DNA from: Thermacetogenium sp. UBA4966
Lineage (GTDB): Bacteria > Bacillota > DSM-12270 > Thermacetogeniales > Thermacetogeniaceae
Direction of reading: 5' to 3'
Assembly (NCBI GenBank): GCA_002397275.1
Contig: DHAA01000113.1
Location: 4,694-68,693, forward strand
DNA: 64,000 bases
Positions 61,701 to 64,000 of this stretch are shown here, piece by piece. The position numbers and the translations under genes are program-made. Positions within the stretch are counted from its first letter, which is position 1. Each line of letters begins with the position of its first letter. The notes under the pieces were generated by a model. The model had not been told where the DNA came from. It saw only the letters and a list, made by a program, of their open reading frames with translations, and made no database searches.

Positions 61701-63116
61701 GTAGCCGTTGGCCTCGATGGTCAAGGGATGATTGCCTGTCGTCTGGAACAGGTCCTTATTGACGATGATTGTCTTGTTTTCATTATTGATCTGGTATTGA
61801 CCGGCAGCGAGGTCCTTGGTTGTTTTGTCCGGATACCCTAAAGTTATCTTTGTTATCTGGGCTGTCCAGGCGCTCCATTCCTCCGCAGTCACGTTAGCGT
61901 TAGCCGTGAAGACGACGTCTTCCCCGAGCGGGCTGCCTCCGGAAACGTTTTGAAACATGGGCGATGCCAGATAATACTGCATGGTTTGTAAGCCTTTATC
62001 GTCATACCCCTCACGCACAGTGCGTGTATAATATTTGATCGGATTGGCAGACAGGTCTTTGCCGGTCACGTCGATGGTGAACGGATCCTCATACTTGGTC
62101 TGCGCGGAACGTTCGGCGGGGTTTGTTCCGTCATTGTAATAGATCGCCGCATCATCAGTGGGGCTGGTCAGTGTTACTGTCAATAATGTTCTGCCGTCGG
62201 CCTCTTTTAACTCATACGAGGGTACGGCCGCTTCTACCGTGCCTTTGGATTTAGCCGCAGGCAGGTTTTCCATCTTCAGCTTAATCGCGTAGATCCATTT
62301 GAAGTTCTCGCTGGCGGTGCGGGTTCCTTTCATGAACTGTTCGTAAGAAGTCGGGATATAGAGGGTTATAGCCTTGTCCGTACCCAAGGTATTCCTTAGA
62401 CAGCCTCTGATAACATTACCGTTTTGAACAACATAATCCAGGATGCCGTCGCTTGTCTCCGACACATTTGTCGTTGTTCTGCCGCTGTCGGACAGCGTGG
62501 AGAGAAGAGCCGGCATGACCTCGCCGTCAGACCAAGCCTGTTCTTTATATGTCTTTGTATCAGGATCTAGATCTTCAACATCATCAACTTCCCAGGTCTG
62601 GTCATCACCTTGTTGCAACGGAGCGTCGTAGTAGCGCTGCCAGCCTTCATAAAGGCCCGGCACATATCTTCGCTCAACGCCGTTCAGTTTCGCGGCCGTG
62701 TAGGAGCGAGTATAATTTGTGCCGCTGTCGTCCGCCATGAAATACAATCGGTCGTTTCCCTGATAGGTCAGCGTACCCATCTTATAGCCGGCATTCTGAT
62801 TCAGATAAGCGATTAACTCATCTGTCGTAAAACCCAGCGCTTCACCATAGCCGGTGGTCGGCAAATTGTCCGTATAGGAAAATCCGTAATTCGGACCGCC
62901 GTCGGACATGGGATGCGATAGGTTTCTGATTTCATCAATAGGCGCTGCCTTCACCAAAACGTCCTTATTGTCCGCGTCGGCGACGTAAAAAAATACCGTC
63001 TCCGCCTCCTGCGCCTCCACTGTTTTCGCCAAGACGTAGGCGGCCGGAGCAAGGCAGAGAATGGAGCACAATAGCAACAACCAAACCAATTTTTTGTTAA
63101 ACTTTTGTTTCATCAT
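58773..63116 (-). CDS. Giant cell-surface protein, tandem paralog of 54713..58648, with expanded helical repeats
   Basis: Colinear with the neighbouring gene and has the same domain order. It carries three 73-aa helical repeats, and its C-terminus is AATGD plus TM plus RRKRTS. Confidence 0.85.
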   Translation of the reverse strand: MMKQKFNKKLVWLLLLCSILCLAPAAYVLAKTVEAQEAETVFFYVADADNKDVLVKAAPIDEIRNLSHPMSDGGPNYGFSYTDNLPTTGYGEALGFTTDELIAYLNQNAGYKMGTLTYQGNDRLYFMADDSGTNYTRSYTAAKLNGVERRYVPGLYEGWQRYYDAPLQQGDDQTWEVDDVEDLDPDTKTYKEQAWSDGEVMPALLSTLSDSGRTTTNVSETSDGILDYVVQNGNVIRGCLRNTLGTDKAITLYIPTSYEQFMKGTRTASENFKWIYAIKLKMENLPAAKSKGTVEAAVPSYELKEADGRTLLTVTLTSPTDDAAIYYNDGTNPAERSAQTKYEDPFTIDVTGKDLSANPIKYYTRTVREGYDDKGLQTMQYYLASPMFQNVSGGSPLGEDVVFTANANVTAEEWSAWTAQITKITLGYPDKTTKDLAAGQYQINNENKTIIVNKDLFQTTGNHPLTIEANGYATRTTTRTMKGAAPEIKTAAGGYPLYEDIVLTFDDPTQAYQEKITGKIDGKTVSADYLDRSEAGKLTIKASYFAGGAIKEPGEYTLVLSNTNYLPKDQTLQLKITPETAGKAPENKDGVYLLTDADDLFWFAKQVNAKGIKDIDARLTNNINLNNALWTPIGISTSIVYSGVFDGDGHQIIGLKVNSQNNHQGLFGQAKDAVIKNLTVSGQVNGAGWTGGIVGTASGTTIANCVNKATVQGTVDSGGIAGNATRNSVIENCSNEGTISGTQFVGGICGQSASTTYLRNCINYGMISGNDRVGGITGANAGIKDGISVILCVNKGDVSAEENNVGGISGYVQEPVSSCYNTGTILGKKSDSATGIGGIAGYVANTQVTNCYNIGSVRCSASDATTRIGSFVGFWLSNYSSAGNYYLKNDTLNGIGYCTYNEQAPDATESKTIDEMKSLAPALGDAYAADTYQINGGYPVLAWQSTVASENQTAANAVILQISTIGKVDAGDACRERIEAARQAFDRLTEVQQKLVSNKDALTAAEAAYETAVKELSDAKTAAKGELDSYKNPADYRDAQKAELTAAINTGKAAIDSAADIDAVNSAMAAAKAGLDKIKTDAQLTEEELAAAKTAAKGELDSYKNPADYRDAQKAELTAAINTGKAAIDSAADIDAVNSAMAAAKAAIDKIKTNAQLTAEELAAAKITAKNELDSYKNASDYRDAQKTELADAITAGKTAIDNAADIDAVDSALATAKTELDKIKTNAQLIAEEEKAVVNKIKSSTEKTISIELGESSGLSKTVLQAIKDSGKEVTFVKKENGRALYSWTFDGSELGDTDTIQDIDLNISFTTENKAAIDKLAGDKNSLYLSFAYQGELPAPVRITVYVGDKYKDGDTLNLYYFNEKTKQAEEIAAGLTVKDGYVSFTLIHMSDYFLTANKIGQNGISDGKENGAATGDRSSAAIWPLICGAGLVSAAYLLRRKRTS
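59410..60070 (-). repeat. Three tandem 219-bp (73-codon) in-frame repeats inside the giant surface-protein gene
   Basis: TGCCATGGCG recurs at 59691 and 59910 (period 219), with a diverged copy at 59472. Copies 1 and 2 are nearly identical at the DNA level. Confidence 0.85.
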
Positions 63117-63198
63117 GACCCTCCTAAAATATACTAAACCTACATTGTTCCTACGATCCATCCCTTACTGCATATGGATTTGAAAAGATACCGCTGCA

Positions 63199-63687
63199 TC
63201 ACACAGCCATAAACTTGATCTCGGTCACCATGCGGATCCATTTGCTTGACTCTGCTCCCGGAATCACCACTCGGAGCGGCGCTTCCTGTCCGGAAAGCGG
63301 CTCTTTACCGTTGGCTAAAGATAAAATTATGTCGTATTTCGTTAAATCTTGTGTCCCAAGGGTGATCGTGTAGCCGTCTTTTGCTCTGAAAACAACTTTC
63401 TTGAAATCGGTTTGCTTTTTGCCGTATTGCTTCACAAATGTGTCCAGAGTAGGGCCGATGCCGCTAACCGTGCCGGCTTTCTGAGTTTTTCCCGTTGCCG
63501 TCTGCGATTCGCAGTCGAACTTGGCAAGTTCTCCCGGTGTTACTGTGAAATCTTCGGAGCGCAGGCCGGTGATGCGGATCTCTTCGTCTTCATATGCAGA
63601 CAGATCAGCCTTAATCGAGGGAGAACACCCGGCTGCAATCCCTGCGGCTAAGCAAATGATCAATAAGACGCATACTTTTGTCCTCAT
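63199..63687 (-). CDS. Lipoprotein; C-terminal part weakly resembles the molybdopterin-oxidoreductase-like (sulfite-oxidase-fold) domain
   Basis: Signal peptide with lipobox AAGC. The LRVVIPG...SKWIRMVTEIKF block is reminiscent of the MsrP/YedY-like fold. The domain assignment is tentative. Confidence 0.5.
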   Translation of the reverse strand: MRTKVCVLLIICLAAGIAAGCSPSIKADLSAYEDEEIRITGLRSEDFTVTPGELAKFDCESQTATGKTQKAGTVSGIGPTLDTFVKQYGKKQTDFKKVVFRAKDGYTITLGTQDLTKYDIILSLANGKEPLSGQEAPLRVVIPGAESSKWIRMVTEIKFMAV

Positions 63688-63718
63688 AGAACCTTGTTCT
63701 TCACCCCCTTATCCCGGA

Positions 63719-64000
63719 TTATTTTTCTGTGAATAAATAGGCCTCGCCGGTGTCGGGATCAACGTAAATTATCCCTCGGCCCATCTCCTTGAGCTGTTCT
63801 GTGTCCACCGCTTTGTCGGAATCGACCTCTCCCACTCCCTCCAGCTTTTCTTTTGCCCCGGGCCCGCTATTGCCTGCTGTCTGCTCACTGCCGATATCGA
63901 GGTTCCAATTGATTACCAGCGCCAGCATGGCGCCCACGGCGAGAACAAGCATGCAGTCGGCAAGATTCACCAGACCCTCTATGGGATTGACATCAGGTTC
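63719..64000 (-). CDS. Membrane protein, 5' end outside window; ExbD/TolR-like or DUF2149-like N-terminal TM signature
   Basis: The frame is open to the window edge. The PDVNPIEGLVNLADCMLVLAVGAMLAL segment resembles the ExbD/TolR-type anchor. The assignment is weak. Confidence 0.35.
   Translation of the reverse strand, partial: EPDVNPIEGLVNLADCMLVLAVGAMLALVINWNLDIGSEQTAGNSGPGAKEKLEGVGEVDSDKAVDTEQLKEMGRGIIYVDPDTGEAYLFTEK

Overview
The window reads as a Firmicutes/Clostridia-style anaerobe chromosome segment, judged from GGAGG-type RBSs, GTG/TTG starts, overlapping stop/start junctions and gene content. All calls come from motif and family recognition by eye; no database search was possible.

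- **1-27982 (left 28 kb):** a large catabolic supercluster.
  - Histidine degradation to glutamate: hutH, hutI, glutamate formimidoyltransferase, formimino-THF cyclodeaminase, hutU.
  - A PAS/sigma-54 activator.
  - An OpuC-type quaternary-amine ABC importer whose first gene overlaps the hutU stop.
  - A two-subunit aconitase-X, RidA, an aminotransferase and a D-TA-family PLP enzyme.
  - Three non-pyrrolysine MttB-family methyltransferase paralogs.
  - A corrinoid protein followed directly by the methylaspartate pathway genes glmS-glmL-glmE-mal.
  - Three sigma-54 promoters, each with the same 7-5-7 inverted-repeat upstream site, precede two MttB genes and the corrinoid/glutamate-mutase operon.
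- **28-43.7 kb (middle):**
  - A DUF1446/DUF4387/P-loop trio.
  - A three-subunit xanthine-dehydrogenase-family enzyme.
  - An EamA transporter and a class-I fumarase-type (mesaconase-like) hydratase.
  - A decayed formate-dehydrogenase alpha gene, an orphan CooC-like ATPase, an amidohydrolase and heme O synthase.
  - Almost every intergenic gap here carries copies of a modular repeat family with no transposase.
- **43.2-64 kb (right):**
  - feoA and a two-ORF feoB with Fur boxes.
  - A radical SAM gene with a CVC-motif ArsR.
  - An orphan consensus promoter/terminator unit (small RNA candidate) convergent with a 34-codon hydrophobic ORF.
  - An ABC (FtsX-type) plus two-component module.
  - Two tandem paralogous giant GLUG-repeat surface proteins.
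  - A lipoprotein and a truncated membrane protein at the window edge.

No rRNA, tRNA, CRISPR array, transposase or phage genes were recognised.
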